Shown: positions 1-12,514, counted from the stretch's first letter. The stretch: DNA of 64,000 nucleotides from an uncultured delta proteobacterium (GCA_963745835.1 CAVUZH010000025.1:96001-160000); one strand, 5' to 3'. The notes: generated from the sequence alone by a model not told the origin. Program-made: numbers and translations.

Positions 1-335
1 CGTTCAATCAAATACAAATTCTGGTACACGGAGTCTGCAGTGCCCTGGTACCATTCGAATCCCATGCGCATCTGGGCCGGCACGGCGGTGACGAAATGTT
101 CGCCCAAGAAATCGGTGCTGCGCCACCCTCGATCTAGATGTTCGAGCAGGGACTGCGCTTTGAATTGAGTCAAAACATAAATCGATAGAATGCCTGAGTT
201 AACGAAGTTGGAAAGAACGAAGTCGATGATCCGATATCTTCCGCCGAACGGCACTGCGGGCTTGGCCCGATCCTGAGTTAAAGGAAAAAGCCGTTCACCT
301 CTACCCCCGGCTAGCACAACCCCTAAGACATACAT
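1..335 (-). CDS. glgC: Glucose-1-phosphate adenylyltransferase, N-terminal part (runs off window start)
   Basis: Hand translation from ATG at 335 (absent from ORF track): [48 protein letters not shown]; adjacent to glgA. Confidence 0.95.
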   Translation of the reverse strand, partial: MYVLGVVLAGGRGERLFPLTQDRAKPAVPFGGRYRIIDFVLSNFVNSGILSIYVLTQFKAQSLLEHLDRGWRSTDFLGEHFVTAVPAQMRMGFEWYQGTADSVYQNLYLIE

Positions 336-356
336 TGATCGCCTCGTATCTCGAGC

Positions 357-1796
357 TTAAGCCAGGAGCTTTTGGTAAATCTCGCTATACGCGCGCGCGG
401 AACGATCCCATGAGAAATCCATGGTCATCGCTCGGCGCTGTAACGCAATCCAGGATTTCTTGTCGGGAAATAGTTCCAAAGCACGATCAATCGTTTTCAA
501 AAGCTCCTGCGCTTCGTAGGCTTCGAACACAAAGCCGGTGCCAGCTGATCGCTCAGCGTTGTAATCTTCTACCGAATCCTTCAAGCCGCCGACGGCGCGC
601 ACGATCGGAATTGTACCATATTTTAAACTGAACATCTGATTCAATCCGCAGGGTTCAAAGAGCGAAGGCATCAGAAAGATGTCCGCGCCGGCTTCAATCT
701 GGTGCGCCAGCGCTTCATCGAATCCAATGCGTACTCCTACCTTGCCTGGGAATTGCGCCGCTGCACGATGAAAAAAATCTTCATAGCGGCTTTCACCGGT
801 TCCCAACAATACAAATTGGACATCTCGTTGGATCAGCGTGTCGAAACTTTTTTCAACGAGGTCAACGCCTTTTTGCGAGGTCAACCGAGAGATTATGCCA
901 AACAGAGGCACGCCGGGTTTAATTGCCAGTCCCATAGTTCGCTGCAGGTTGTCTTTGCAAAGCGGCTTACCGTCGAGACTGTCTTCGCTATACTGCTTGG
1001 CAATTAATGGATCGACCGCGGGATTCCATTGATTGTAGTCGACGCCGTTCAAAATGCCGATGAGATCGTTCCCTCGCTGCTGGAGCACGCCTTCAAGCCC
1101 GAATCCCTGCTCCCTCGTCATGATCTCGGCAGCATGAGTCGGACTCACGGTGGTTATCTTGTCGGCAAAGATGAGGCCTCCCTTCAGAAGACAAAAATTC
1201 TGGTAAAACTCAAGGTAGGCGGGGCTGAAGAGATACTCGTCAAGATTCAAATAGTGCCAGTCGGGGCGCCAAAAATTTCCCTGGAACGCGATGTTGTGCA
1301 CGGTTAAAACTGTTTTCGCCGAGGCGATCTCCGGGTACCGCAATGGTTGCGTCTTTAAGAATACCGGCGCTAGAGCCGTCTGCCAGTCATGGCAGTGAAT
1401 GATCTCTACATTTTCATGGCGCAAGATCTCCAATGCGCTACGGGTGAAAAAAACAAATCTGGCAAGATTATCGGCATAATCGCCTTGCTTTGTTCCGTAC
1501 AGAGATTCGCGATCGAAATAACGGTCGGCGCGAACTAAGTAAACAATCACGTCACGTCCCAATTTGGTTTTCAGGATCGTAGCCGTTTCCTGTCGATCTG
1601 AAAGCGGAACGGAGACGTCCAGCGATACGTTCCTCAAAGCGAAGCCGCCCTGGAGAGTCGAACGATAAGCCGGCATGATCAAGCAAAGCTTGTGTCCGAG
1701 TTGTTCCAGCGCAATTGATAAACTTCCGACCACGTCGGCCAAACCTCCAGTCTTAGCGAATGGAGAAATCTCAGATGATATTACGCCAATTTTCAT
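357..1796 (-). CDS. glgA: Glycogen synthase (GT5)
   Basis: KTGGLADV, HCHDWQ, PSLFEPCGL motifs; likely start ATG 1796 (MKIGVISSE) inside ORF 357..1838. Confidence 0.95.
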   Translation of the reverse strand: MKIGVISSEISPFAKTGGLADVVGSLSIALEQLGHKLCLIMPAYRSTLQGGFALRNVSLDVSVPLSDRQETATILKTKLGRDVIVYLVRADRYFDRESLYGTKQGDYADNLARFVFFTRSALEILRHENVEIIHCHDWQTALAPVFLKTQPLRYPEIASAKTVLTVHNIAFQGNFWRPDWHYLNLDEYLFSPAYLEFYQNFCLLKGGLIFADKITTVSPTHAAEIMTREQGFGLEGVLQQRGNDLIGILNGVDYNQWNPAVDPLIAKQYSEDSLDGKPLCKDNLQRTMGLAIKPGVPLFGIISRLTSQKGVDLVEKSFDTLIQRDVQFVLLGTGESRYEDFFHRAAAQFPGKVGVRIGFDEALAHQIEAGADIFLMPSLFEPCGLNQMFSLKYGTIPIVRAVGGLKDSVEDYNAERSAGTGFVFEAYEAQELLKTIDRALELFPDKKSWIALQRRAMTMDFSWDRSARAYSEIYQKLLA

Positions 1797-2298
1797 ATGA
1801 TGTGTCGATGCCACGTGCTCGTTTTTGTCATCGCGCACTAGCCGCAGCGAGATGTCTCTTTATTGGTCCATTTGAAGACGCAAGCTTGTGACCGCTACCG
1901 CTCTACCTTGTGGACTCGTGGAATTTCTGTGCCCGCAAATCTATTCTGTCTTGAATCTCTTTCTCGCGCTATAACTTTTTAAATTCGTTTCAGTGGTTTG
2001 TTCCTGAGTTAACAATGGGTGGTCTCCACTGTTGTCTATCGCAATTGCGGCATGCGCGTAAACCAACCGATACCTTTAGCCAGTTGACTGGCAAACCAAA
2101 GAAGTGGACGCAGGAGAGAACGACAGACTTAAACGCGCAGCCCGCTCTTGTAAATACCGGCGATCATTGCAGCTCCACTACAGGCATAATTTAAGGCACA
2201 CGCGGTCACCTCAGGTTGGGCGAAACAACCCCAATGAATGGTCTGCGAAGGACGCAGAGTATGATTATCTGTACACTTAGCCCTACATATGTCAAAAG

Positions 2299-2312
2299 TG
2301 GCCGATCGGCCA
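2299..2312. promoter_or_regulatory. Perfect 14-bp palindrome, candidate activator binding site
   Basis: TGGCCGATCGGCCA about 180 bp upstream of the sigma54 element; function inferred only. Confidence 0.3.
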
Positions 2313-2488
2313 TTCGCATCCTTTTTGTCTCTTACGGCCCGGCAATCAGGAGCTCCCTATACTTCAGGCAACAGCGACAATAATACCAGCCTTATTTGGC
2401 CGAAAAAGGGAATGCTGGGATTCCTGAAAAATACCTAAAACGCTAAATTTCCATTGCTAAACAAGGACATCTGTGGGAAATTAGGCAG

Positions 2489-2504
2489 TGGCATCGCACT
2501 TGCT
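2489..2504 (+). promoter_or_regulatory. sigma54 (RpoN) -24/-12 promoter of the polysaccharide operon
   Basis: TGGCATC-GCAC-TTGCT matches TGGCACG-N4-TTGCW with exact spacing, 20 nt before the first gene. Confidence 0.75.
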
Positions 2505-2524
2505 CAGTGTTTTAGCCTGTCGGG

Positions 2525-3097
2525 GTGTATAGGGTGGAGAATTTGCAACGCGATTGGTACGTCATCTACAGCAAGCCTCATAAAGAGGAACAAGCGCAGT
2601 TCCATCTTGGTCTCAAAGGCGTGGAGACTTTCTTTCCCCGATTACATTTGCCCGGACCGGTTGAAAAAAAGAAACGGCTAATCCCGCTGTTTCCCAACTA
2701 CCTATTTGCCTGTATCCATCTTCCTACCGAATATCACTCTGTAATTTGGGCGCCTGGCGTTAAAAAGATCGTCTGTTTCAGCGATACGCCGGTGCCGATT
2801 GAAGACAACGTAATTCGCTTTCTTCAGCAGAACGCGGATGACAAGGGAGTCATTCAGGCCCGGTCGCAATTACGACGAGGCCAGGAAATTGAAGTAACCG
2901 GTGGACCCTTCAACGGTTTGATGGGGATCATCCAGGATCCCCCCGATGCCAGGGGGCGAATCAAAATTCTTCTCAAGCTTTTGAGCCGACAAATAACTGT
3001 GAAATTGGGCGTTGAGTTTATCAAGGCAGAGCATACTGCCTTCGGCCCGCCAATCCGGGCAGACATAGGAACTGGTTTCGTTTCAGCCGCTAGCTGA
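2525..3097 (+). CDS. NusG-paralogue transcription antiterminator (RfaH/UpxY/LoaP-like)
   Basis: WYVIYSKPHKE, PLFPNYLF (NGN domain), GQEIEVTGGPFNGLMG (KOW); first gene of a polysaccharide operon. Confidence 0.88.
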   Translation: MYRVENLQRDWYVIYSKPHKEEQAQFHLGLKGVETFFPRLHLPGPVEKKKRLIPLFPNYLFACIHLPTEYHSVIWAPGVKKIVCFSDTPVPIEDNVIRFLQQNADDKGVIQARSQLRRGQEIEVTGGPFNGLMGIIQDPPDARGRIKILLKLLSRQITVKLGVEFIKAEHTAFGPPIRADIGTGFVSAAS

Positions 3098-3209
3098 AGG
3101 ACCATTTCCGTTTAGGTGTTTAAACGAAGGATTTTTAATCTGAAGGGCGGAGCTGTATCTACTACTCGGATTCTTATGTCCATATGCCCGACGAATTGGA
3201 GGGTTTGAA

Positions 3210-3958
3210 ATGAGGATAAGTCCGATTATGTCGCGCTGTATAAATGCACGTTCAGGTTTCTTGTTAGCCGTCTTACTGGTTAATGGCTGTTCCAGCCCAG
3301 CGTCAAATATCCCGGAGCTCACTCCGGAACGGCTGGTTGCCGAAGCCAGCGTCTCAGGCGCCGCTCGAGAAAACTTACAAGATGGTTCCTTATGATCAGA
3401 TCAATGTGAGATTTACCTATCATCCGGAATCGGATCCGAAAGCGCCAATTTCGATCAGACCCGACGGGCAAATCATGCTGGACGGCGTGGGTTCGATCCG
3501 CGCTGCCGGGATTAACGCCGGAAGAACTAGGCAAAGAGATCGCTACGCCAAAAGTTCAAAACGGCTGAGGGATCCTGAGGTAATCGTTACAGTGTGCTCA
3601 GTTTACTCCAAGAAAGATCTATGTTGGGGGACAGGTAAAGACTCCGGGCATAGTTCAGTTTCAAGGTGACATGACTCCGATTCAAGCTATTTTCGATCGG
3701 GGTGGGTTTACGCCTGAAGCGCAAATTGATAGCGTCATCCTTATACGCGACACCGGTGCTCCCGAGCCGGTTATAGGGCGGATCAATGCGATGCAGAGCT
3801 TGGAAGGAGGCGTTCCTGAAAGAATCAGTCTGTTAACGAACGACGTCATTTATGTTCCGATGTCGGGCATCAGCACAACTAATCAATGGATCAAGCAACA
3901 TCTGCGTGAAATCATGCCAATCGAGCTTTTGGGTCTCGGGTATCTATTCGGTAGCTGA
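3210..3958 (+). CDS. wza: Polysaccharide export lipoprotein (Wza/Poly_export + SLBB), frameshifted
   Basis: Lipobox LVNG-C; YDQINVRF..IRPDGQIML; SLBB-like MTPIQAIFDRGGF..DVIYVP; split over ORFs 3210, 3283 and 3671. Confidence 0.8.
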
Positions 3959-3998
3959 GAACCACAATCGATTTCTGTCTGGGAGACAAGGAACGCTC

Positions 3999-5523
3999 AT
4001 GGATTTTCTCCAGGTCGACGGTAAAGAAATTCCGCTTTTAGAGGCGCCACAAAAGTATGAAGCCCCGCCCCGGCGCATTCTCTATGTTTTGTTCAAGCAA
4101 AAGAGATTAATCTGCGCAATTTTTCTCGCCTTAAGTGTGCCGGCGTTCATCTATTTGCTCCTCAAGCCCGTGGAATATACCGCGACCGCGAAAGGTTCTA
4201 GTCAAACCAAGTCGAGAGTTTCTCAACGTTTCGCCGAGTAATACGGGGTACGGCAATGCTGGGATAAGCCTACTTCCTTCGCCTGAGATTATTAATACTG
4301 AGGTTCAGATCATCAAGAGTCCGCAGTTGGCCGAACGGCTGGTGAAGGACGTGCCGTTTCCGGACGAGGACGGAAATATCCCGCACACGCTCAGTGAAGC
4401 TCAAGTAAAGTACCAGGCCCGCTGGATGAAGTCTTTGATTGTCGCGACGCCCGATAAGAAATCTACTGTAATCGATATTAGCATCACCACTCCGTACCAG
4501 CAGGATTGGACGGCAAAGGCGGTTAATCGTGCTGCCGAGCTATATCTCGAAGAGCATCTCAAGGTTCATAAAACACAAGGCGTCGGAGAGTTCTACGACC
4601 AACAGGAAAAAAAGCTCCGGCTGCAATTGACGCAAGCAGAAGAAGCGCTCCAGGCGTTTCAGGAAAAAGAAAACATTATCGATGCTCCGGCCGAAATTAC
4701 TGCCGATCTCAGTGCGTGGGCGACCTTTGACAAGTCATTGAAGCAAACTGAGTCAGAGATCCGAGAAACCGAGCAGAAGGTAGCGGTTCTCGACGATCAG
4801 TTGAAGCAACAGAAGGCTACAATTTCTTCATCGACGAGCATTACAGAGAACCCAGTCTACATGCAGATCCGAAACCGGCTCACGCAACTCGAGTTGGAAC
4901 GGGACGGTCTTCTGCAGCGCTACACTCCTGAAGATCGCATGGTCAAAGACAAACAAAAAGAAATCGATGACTTGAAGAAGAAACTTGAAACGGTCAAGCC
5001 GACGTCGGTGGGATCGGAAAGCATCAGCCTTAATGATGTGCACCGGCGAATCCTCAACGAGTTGCTGGGAGCTCGCGTTCAGCTCAAAGCTTTAAACGAG
5101 AAGAAAGCCGCGTTGACCAAGCAGGTGGAAAACTACTCCTCCGGCGCAGCAGATAAAAAGCGCAAAGGTTTCGAATATGACCGTCTGCTGCGCGAGGTGA
5201 ATGTCAAGAAAGCGAATCTTGATCTCTATAGGCAAAAAGCCGAAGAGGCACGAATTTCCGACGCCATGGACGAGCAGAAATTCAGCAACGCTTACATTCT
5301 CGAGCGCGCCAGTCCGCCGCTACGCAAGGCGGGTAGAGGCTTTATGGTTCTGGCAATCCTCACACTCATTGCCTCGGCGGGCGCAGCCATAGCGGCAGCC
5401 TTTGGCATCGAATATTTCAATAGTACATTGCGAAACGAAAGCGATATAGAAGACCAAATCGGGTTGCCGGTACTGGCAACCATCCAAAATTACGGGGATT
5501 TCAATCCCGCCCCTTTCAAATAA
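3999..5523 (+). CDS. Polysaccharide co-polymerase / chain-length determinant (Wzc/GumC-type), one frameshift near 4190
   Basis: N-terminal TM, INTEVQIIKS, long coiled coil, C-terminal TM followed by GLPVLATI. Confidence 0.85.
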
Positions 5524-5553
5524 CATCAAGCTACTACAAGATCTGGGGGTATT

Positions 5554-6344
5554 GTGAGCAGAACATTTGATGCCTTGAAGAAGGCAGAAGCCGTCGCGAA
5601 AACTAAACAGCTCGTTGAAGGCAAGAAAAACTCGGCGCGTCAGCTTCCAGGCGTTGAGCGTTTTTAAGGAAAAAAAGCGCCCGATTACAATCGACTTCGA
5701 TTTAGATCCCTATATCGAGGAGCAATATCACAGACTTCGCCGGCACCTTCTGCCAAATTCAAAACGCGCCGCAGTCAAGGTCGTGATGGTGGCTGCCACC
5801 GATCATGGCGAGGGATGCACTACAACGGCAGCGATTCTGGCATCTACATTGGCGCGGTCGGGCAACTCGAAGATACTTCTCGTCGATGCAAACCTTAGAA
5901 CTCCCGCTCTAGATGAGGTATTCGAACCAGGGCACGCCTATAAGCTGATTGGATTGTCCGATAAAGTCTTATCCCACGCGCCGTTGGATCAGACCATCTA
6001 CGAGACCGATATTCCCAACTTATTTTTTATGCCATGTGGCAAGGCAGTGGCGTCGCCATCCTATGTATTCGCCAGCGAACCGATCACCGAAATGCTGTCG
6101 ACGCTTGCGCGAGCAATTCGACTTCGTCATTTTCGACGGTTCGCCTTTGCGTGATTATTCGGAATCGTGCTTTCTTGCCGAAAAGATGGACGGCGTCATT
6201 TTGGTCGTCGAAGCAGAACGCACCAAAGCTGAAGTTGTTCGCAAGATCCGAAAAGATCTCGAATCAACGGGAGTAAATATACTCGGAGTGGTGTTAAATA
6301 AGAAAAAGAATTACATCCCTGAGTATCTCGAGCGTTTCCTATAG
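5554..6344 (+). CDS. CpsD/CapB-family BY-kinase-like protein with degenerate Walker motifs, frameshifted
   Basis: GTG 5554 gives MSRTFDALKKAE; GEGCTTT, LLVDANLR, FDFVIFDGSP, DGVILVV, ILGVVLNK. Confidence 0.8.
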
Positions 6345-6540
6345 AAGACTCCGTTCCCAATTCCTATTCCGTCGGACACCAAGGGCAACATTACGGCCTT
6401 TGATCTGCTCGATAATCGATACTGATTTTCGACTCCGGAATTTCATTGAACGTTGGCCAATGCGGCACGAACCGAGTTGGCGTCGTATCTTCGCCCGAAC
6501 ATTCGAACTGAAGGTCTAGGGAAAGAGAAACTGAAGGGCT

Positions 6541-7516
6541 ATGATCAACAATCAGCCATTGGTCACAATCGCCATACCAACATATAATAGAGCCGACAAT
6601 TATTTCCCCTCGGCTCTCCGAAGCGCGCTAAGCCAAACGTATTCCAATATTGAAATCGTCGTATCCGATAACTGCTCCACCGATGGTACCCAGGCGATGG
6701 TTAGGGGTATCGGTGATCCAAGAATTAGATACTTCAGGCATGATCCCGGCATCGGGCAAAAGAACAATTATAATTTTTGTTTTGAGCAGGCAAAAGGAAG
6801 CTACGTCCTTTTGTTACATGATGATGACGTCATTGACGACGATTTTGTCTCGTCATGCATGCACGCTTCCGGAGGCACTGCCGAAGCCGGCATCATTCGT
6901 ACAGGGATGAGGACAATCAATGCGGACGGCGATATCATCGATCAAGTCACCAATGACGTCGTGGGGCTTCCCCTCGAGGCTTTTTTTCGCTGTTGGTTGG
7001 CGGGGAAAACGCCGATCTATTGTTGCAATACATTATTCAACACTCGCCGATTGAGGGAGGTCGGCGGGTTCGCATCGAGACACTTCTGTTATCCGGACAC
7101 AATGGCTATTTTCCGTCTCGCAGCTCAATATCGGACGGATCGATATACCCGAGGTCAAGGCAAGTTTTCGCTTTCACGGCGATCAAGCTGGATTTTCGAG
7201 AAGAATCTCCGAATGGTGTGAGGATTCTCTGGATCTGCTCCACCTCATGTGCGACCTGGCTCCGCAGAGCAGGGAGCAAATCCTGAAAGAGGGAGCGCGG
7301 TGTTTTGCTAGGGGCAATTATGACAGAGCAAACTGCGCCCGTTCGCCGTGGGAACGCGCGGTCGCCACTATGAAAGTCATGAGATATTTTCGCTATCGCC
7401 AACTGCCGTCGGTCAATCTCATCATTCACATCCTGTATGGAACGCGCTTGTACAATGCTCTTCGAATCATAAAACGTTGTGCGGTACGTCCGTTACGCGC
7501 TATTGCCGCACGTTAA
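6541..7516 (+). CDS. Glycosyltransferase family 2, frameshift near 7135
   Basis: VTIAIPTYNR, VVSDNCSTDGT, LLHDDD; continues in ORF 7247..7516. Confidence 0.85.
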
Positions 7517-7534
7517 CCAAAGCCTCAGCACATC

Positions 7535-9497
7535 ATGTGTGGAATTTGTGGTTCATTGAACTTCGGCGGCCAGTCTGAGCAAGACAAGGCTGCTATTATT
7601 GGCCTCATGAAGCTGATGCGGCGGCGAGGCCCCGATGACAGTGGTCTCTGGGCGGACGAACCATACTGCGTCTTTGGTTTTCAACGGCTGTCGATCATCG
7701 ATTTGTCCACAAACAGGTCATCAGCCAATGACAACACCTAATGGCCGTTACGCGATCATCTACAACGGAGAAGTTTACAATTTTCCGGAACTTCGACAAG
7801 AACTTCAGCAAAAGGGAATAAGATTTCGTTCATCTGGGGATACTGAAGTCGTTCTCCAGGCGCTCGCGCTATGGGGTAAAGACGCACTTCGTCGGTTTAA
7901 TGGTATGTTTGCTCTGGGGTTCTACGACGCTTTAGAAAAACGTTTGCTGCTCGCCCGGGATCATGCGGGCATCAAACCTCTTTACTACCTCATGACTTCC
8001 AAAGGGCTGGTCTTCGCCTCTCAATATGATCAGATCATGGCACATCCGTGGGCGAAAACACTCGATGTGTCTGAAGAGGGTTTAGCGACTCTATCTTCGA
8101 CTCGGATATATTCCCGCGCCTTATGCTATCCTTAAAAACACCTACATGCTGGAGCCGGGCGCCTGGCTCGAACTGGATCGTAAGGGTCAAGCAAAGAGCG
8201 GCAAGTTTTTTGAGTTCCCGGTTTACGAACGAAGCGAGCCTGCGGGGGGGAGAAGCTTACGAGGCCGTTGATGCCGCGGTGACGCGGGCTGTGCGCCGCC
8301 AACTTGTGAGCGATGTTCCCGTGGGCACATTTCTTTCTGGCGGAATCGATTCCCCGCTGGTCGCCGCCAAAGCCAGGGCGGCGAGTAATGACACGGTTCG
8401 TTGTTTCACCATCGGCACAAATGGCGATGAACTGGACGAATCCGATGATGCAGAAGCGTACGCTCAACAGATCGGCGTCGAGCATATCGTTGAGCACACC
8501 ACACCGCAGATGGCATTCGATATGTTGGACGACGTCGTCACTTCATGCGGTGAACCGTTCGCCGATTACTCCGTTTTTCCGACAATGCGCGTCGCCCGTC
8601 TTGCGCGGCGCCATGTCAAAGTCATTCTTTCGGGAGATGGCGGAGACGAACTCTTCTGGGGTTACCCGAGCCGGTTCGTTTCGCCTCTAAAATACTCCGC
8701 CGACTTTCGTCAACCTCAATGGTTTCGAACATTGCGCTGGGGCTGGGCTAGGATTATAGCCGATGGCAACGGCCGCCATGATCTTCGCTATAAATCCATT
8801 GGGCAGCTATACCGCGCATGGCCACTCCCGCATCGACGAAATGACCCTGAAACAGGTTTTTCCCGATGTCGCACCGTGGCCTAGTGATTTTGGTTTATTT
8901 GACTATAACGGTTGTGAGCCCAATCATGTGGCGCAATGGCTGCGTTGGAACGAATTCGTGAGTCATCTGACAATGGTCCTCTTGAAAGTGGATCGAGCGA
9001 GCATGTTTCACTCCCTCGAAGTACGCGTACCCTTGCTAGACCGGGAAGTTATCGATGTGGCCTCCCGCGTGGATTGGCGCTCTTGTCTGGATCTCGATCG
9101 GAATCTGGGAAAACTACCGCTGCGACATGCGTTGGCGCGCCACGTTGGACGTCCGACAGAGACGAAACGCGGCTTCGAGGCGCCCATGAAGGTTTGGCTC
9201 AAAGGCCCGTTGAAAGATATTTTTCAACAAGCGGTGATCGAGCGACAAGAAGTTCTCGGGCTGCCGGTCAATCGGGCCAAGGTAACGGCGATGTATCAAG
9301 AACACAGAGCAGGAATGAGGGATCATACTCGAGCGTTGTGGACGCTCTTGAGCCTCGCTTTGTGGGAAAAAAGGCACTATCGCAGGAGGGAAAGTACCGG
9401 ACAAGTGGACTCGGTTTCGGATTACAGGGTTCGCGGCTCCTCTGGGGAAGACGCGAACTCGAAGCCCAAGCCCTATATCGGCGGATCGAACTGTTGA
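7535..9497 (+). CDS. asnB: Asparagine synthase (glutamine-hydrolysing)-like amidotransferase, several frameshifts
   Basis: MCGI, RRGPD, YNGEVYNF, ARDHAGIKPLYY, FLSGGIDS, LSGDGGDE, KVDRASM..SLEVRVPLLD. Confidence 0.88.
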
Positions 9498-9505
9498 GCG
9501 ATGCC

Positions 9506-10769
9506 ATGAGAATTGCGGTTATCGTCAGCGGATTCCCGTCGCTGTCTGAGACCTTTATACTGCGTCAAATCACCGGTTTGATCGACAGAGGCCATGAGGT
9601 AGATATATTCGCCGGCAGTGCAGGCAATGATCCTGTAAGACACCCTGACGTTGACAAATACCGCCTGCTGTCTCGGACATCATTATCTAACCCAGTGCGC
9701 GTGCTCCGAAGCCGCACCGCTTCGAGCTCTTAAACGTTTGGGCTTGATCTTCGCAAACTTTCACAAAAACCCAACGGTAGTTCTAAGGACGTTCAACGTT
9801 GCCGCTTATGGCAAAGCAGCTGCTGTTTCTTCAGATTCTGTGTCAAATCGTACCCTTTTTGGATAAAGATCCGTATGACATTCTTCATTGTCAGTTTGGT
9901 CCGATTGGAGAATTCGGTCTTCTTCTGAGGGACACCGGCGTTTTTCATGGAAAGATTGTCACTTCCTTCCGCGGGTTCGATATTTCTTCTTACGTAAAAG
10001 AGCAGGGGGAGAACACTTATCAGGACCTGTTTAGGAGGGGTGATCTCTTCCTCTGCGTCAGCGAACACATAAAAGCCGATTTGATAAGACTCGGTTGTGA
10101 TCGCGAAAAGATCATTGTGCATAGATCGGGTATAGACCCGAACACATTCACCGTCATACCGCGAGAGCCGAAAAAGGGCGGCAAGACTACGATATTAACC
10201 GATCGCACGGCTTGTCGAAAAGAAAGGCGTGGAATATGGCATCAAGGCGATTGCAAAGATCGTTAAAAAGTATCCTCACATTGAATACAAAATAGCCGGT
10301 GACGGGCCGTTAAGGGACAAGTTGCAGCTCTTAATGAAAGGAACTGAACGTCGGGGACAAAATCGAGTTACTCGGATGGAGGTCGCAGGATCAAATTGCC
10401 GAACTACTGGAAAGGTCAGATATCCTCTTGGCTCCGAGCTTCACGAGCAGCAAAGGCGATCAGGAGGGTATTCCGGGGGTGATCATGGAAGCATTCGCTA
10501 CCGGACTGCCTGTGGTAAGCACGGAGCATGCTGGCATACCCGAGCTAGTTCAAGACGGAGCCTCAGGATTTCTCGTACCGGAAAAAGACGTCAATGCTTT
10601 AGTAGAAAAATTAGAAATTCTGATTGAGCAACCGCAACTGCGCTACGAAATGGGGCGAACCGGACGAAAGTTCGTCGAAGAATACTACAATATCGAGACT
10701 CTCAATAATCGACTCGTAGAAGTATATCAGCAACTACTTCGGGGCGAATTTGCGCCCGCTCACCTTTGA
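9506..10769 (+). CDS. GT4 glycosyltransferase, WcaL-like, several frameshifts
   Basis: FPSLSETFILRQITGL, HCQFG, TSFRGFD, GDQEGIPGVIMEA, STEHAGIPELV. Confidence 0.82.
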
Positions 10770-10950
10770 CAGCCGACTGAGACGTCGATTCCATCACATT
10801 CGATCTCTCACAATGTTGCATCCAGCTAACCGCGTTATGGCTTGAGCGTTCAGTGGAGGTAAAGTCATTCTTCGCTGAGCTGCTGTGCTATTTCGACCTG
10901 AGAAACAGTCTGTTTACCGGGTATCGGATGGATCTAATAAAACGTTTATC

Positions 10951-12401
10951 ATGAAATCCGTAATTATGATCGCCTACAACTTTGCTCCCGAAGGAAATGC
11001 CGGAGCGCACCGGCCACTTCGTTTCGTGCGTCATCTTCCGTCCGAGGGATGGAAACCAACAGTTGTTACGGTCGAAACTAAATCGTTCGAAAGGTATGAT
11101 CTTTCGCTGCTGGCCCAGGTTCCCCGTGACGTAGAAGTGATTCGCGTCGCTAATCGGGATCCATGGTTGGTGTTGCAAGAGCGACGAACGAAACGGTGCA
11201 AAGAAGAAACTCTAGTCTCACTCCAGAAGAGCTCACAAAAATCGAGACAGCACAGAAGGCTCCGTTTCGCTCGCTCGTCAGAGAAGCGATCCGAACGGTC
11301 GAGAGTTGGTGCTATCACCCAGATCCCGTGATGGGATGGATTCGACCGGCTGTAAAGACGATCAGAGAACTTCAAGCTCGGCAATCGGTGGACGTGATTT
11401 TGGCGACGGGGGGACCTTGGTCTTCGTTCATCGTGGCTGAGCGCGCGTCCCGGCTGACGGGTGTGCCTTATGTTCTAGATTTCCGTGACGCTTGGACATT
11501 GACGTGGGAACCTTTTACCGGCAGGCGGCCGTTCTGGGCCACTCTATACGACAGGCGGACGCTGTATCGGTTACTTAAGAACGCACAAGCGATCATTTTC
11601 CGATATGAGACGGAAGCCGAATGTTACTGGCGTGCATATCCTGGTGCGTTGGATCCACAAAGGATTCACCTGATCCCGAATGGCTTCGATGGCACTCTCG
11701 ATGAGCCTAAAACAGTTCGCGGAGAAAAGTGCCAAATTCTTTATACCGGGACTTTATCCTATTACCGTTACGACACGCTGCTTGACGCACTAGAGCGTCT
11801 GAAAAAGGACGACGGGAGCCGTATCCGACAACTTCGGCTTCTGTTTGTCGGAGAACAGTCGGACTCGCTTTATGCAGAGGCAGCCAAACGCGGCCTATCG
11901 GACGTAGTCATTCCTTCGCCCCCAGTTTCACATGCAGAGATTTTGAACCTTCAACGGGAGTCTGACGCGCTTTTAATGCTCGAGCGCGAACAGACCATGA
12001 AAGGACATGAACTTCTAGCGGGGGCTAAACTCTTCGGTTACCTGAAAGCCGGGCGTCCTATCGTCGGGATCTTGCCGGACGGCGAGGCGAAAAAAATCCT
12101 GCGGGGGGTGGGTGTCTCAACCTTAGCTGATGTAAAGTCTGTCGACGGAATTACGAAGCTTTTTCACCGCATCCTTCGCGCTTGGGAGGAGCAAAGCCTA
12201 TCATCTCTTGTGCCGAACCCTATCGCCTGCGCTGCTTTCTCAGCTGAAAAACAAGTAGCGGTTCTGACGCGTGCTCTCGAAGCGCAGACGCCAAGGGAGC
12301 AGTTTGTACCCGGTCTGGCGGAGGTGCCTGCATCTCTTCGTGATATGATCGGAGACCGTGGTTGGGTACATGCCGCCGAACGATTTCCGTTGCTGCCGTG
12401 A
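10951..12401 (+). CDS. GT4-like glycosyltransferase, frameshift near 11200
   Basis: MIAYNFAP..R..FVRHL, PYVLDFRDAW, IPNGFD, YTGTL, KLFGYL. Confidence 0.78.
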
Positions 12402-12514
12402 TCAAATTACGGATTCGGTAATTACGCCATGACGCCTCGAAACGTCTCACGAGATCGTTCTAGGACGGCTGATTCGTTTCTGCAGTCAACGATCGCGTGT
12501 GGTCTGGGGAGACA

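Noticed and set aside
2090-2130. GGCAAACCA..TGGACGCA resembles the start of a c-di-GMP-I riboswitch
   Set aside because: P2 is too short, there is no GNRA loop/receptor or P3/P1 closure, and it lies upstream of the predicted sigma54 start site
3144-3157. GGGCGGAGCTGT as an RfaH ops element
   Set aside because: Does not match GGCGGTAGnnTG well enough to call
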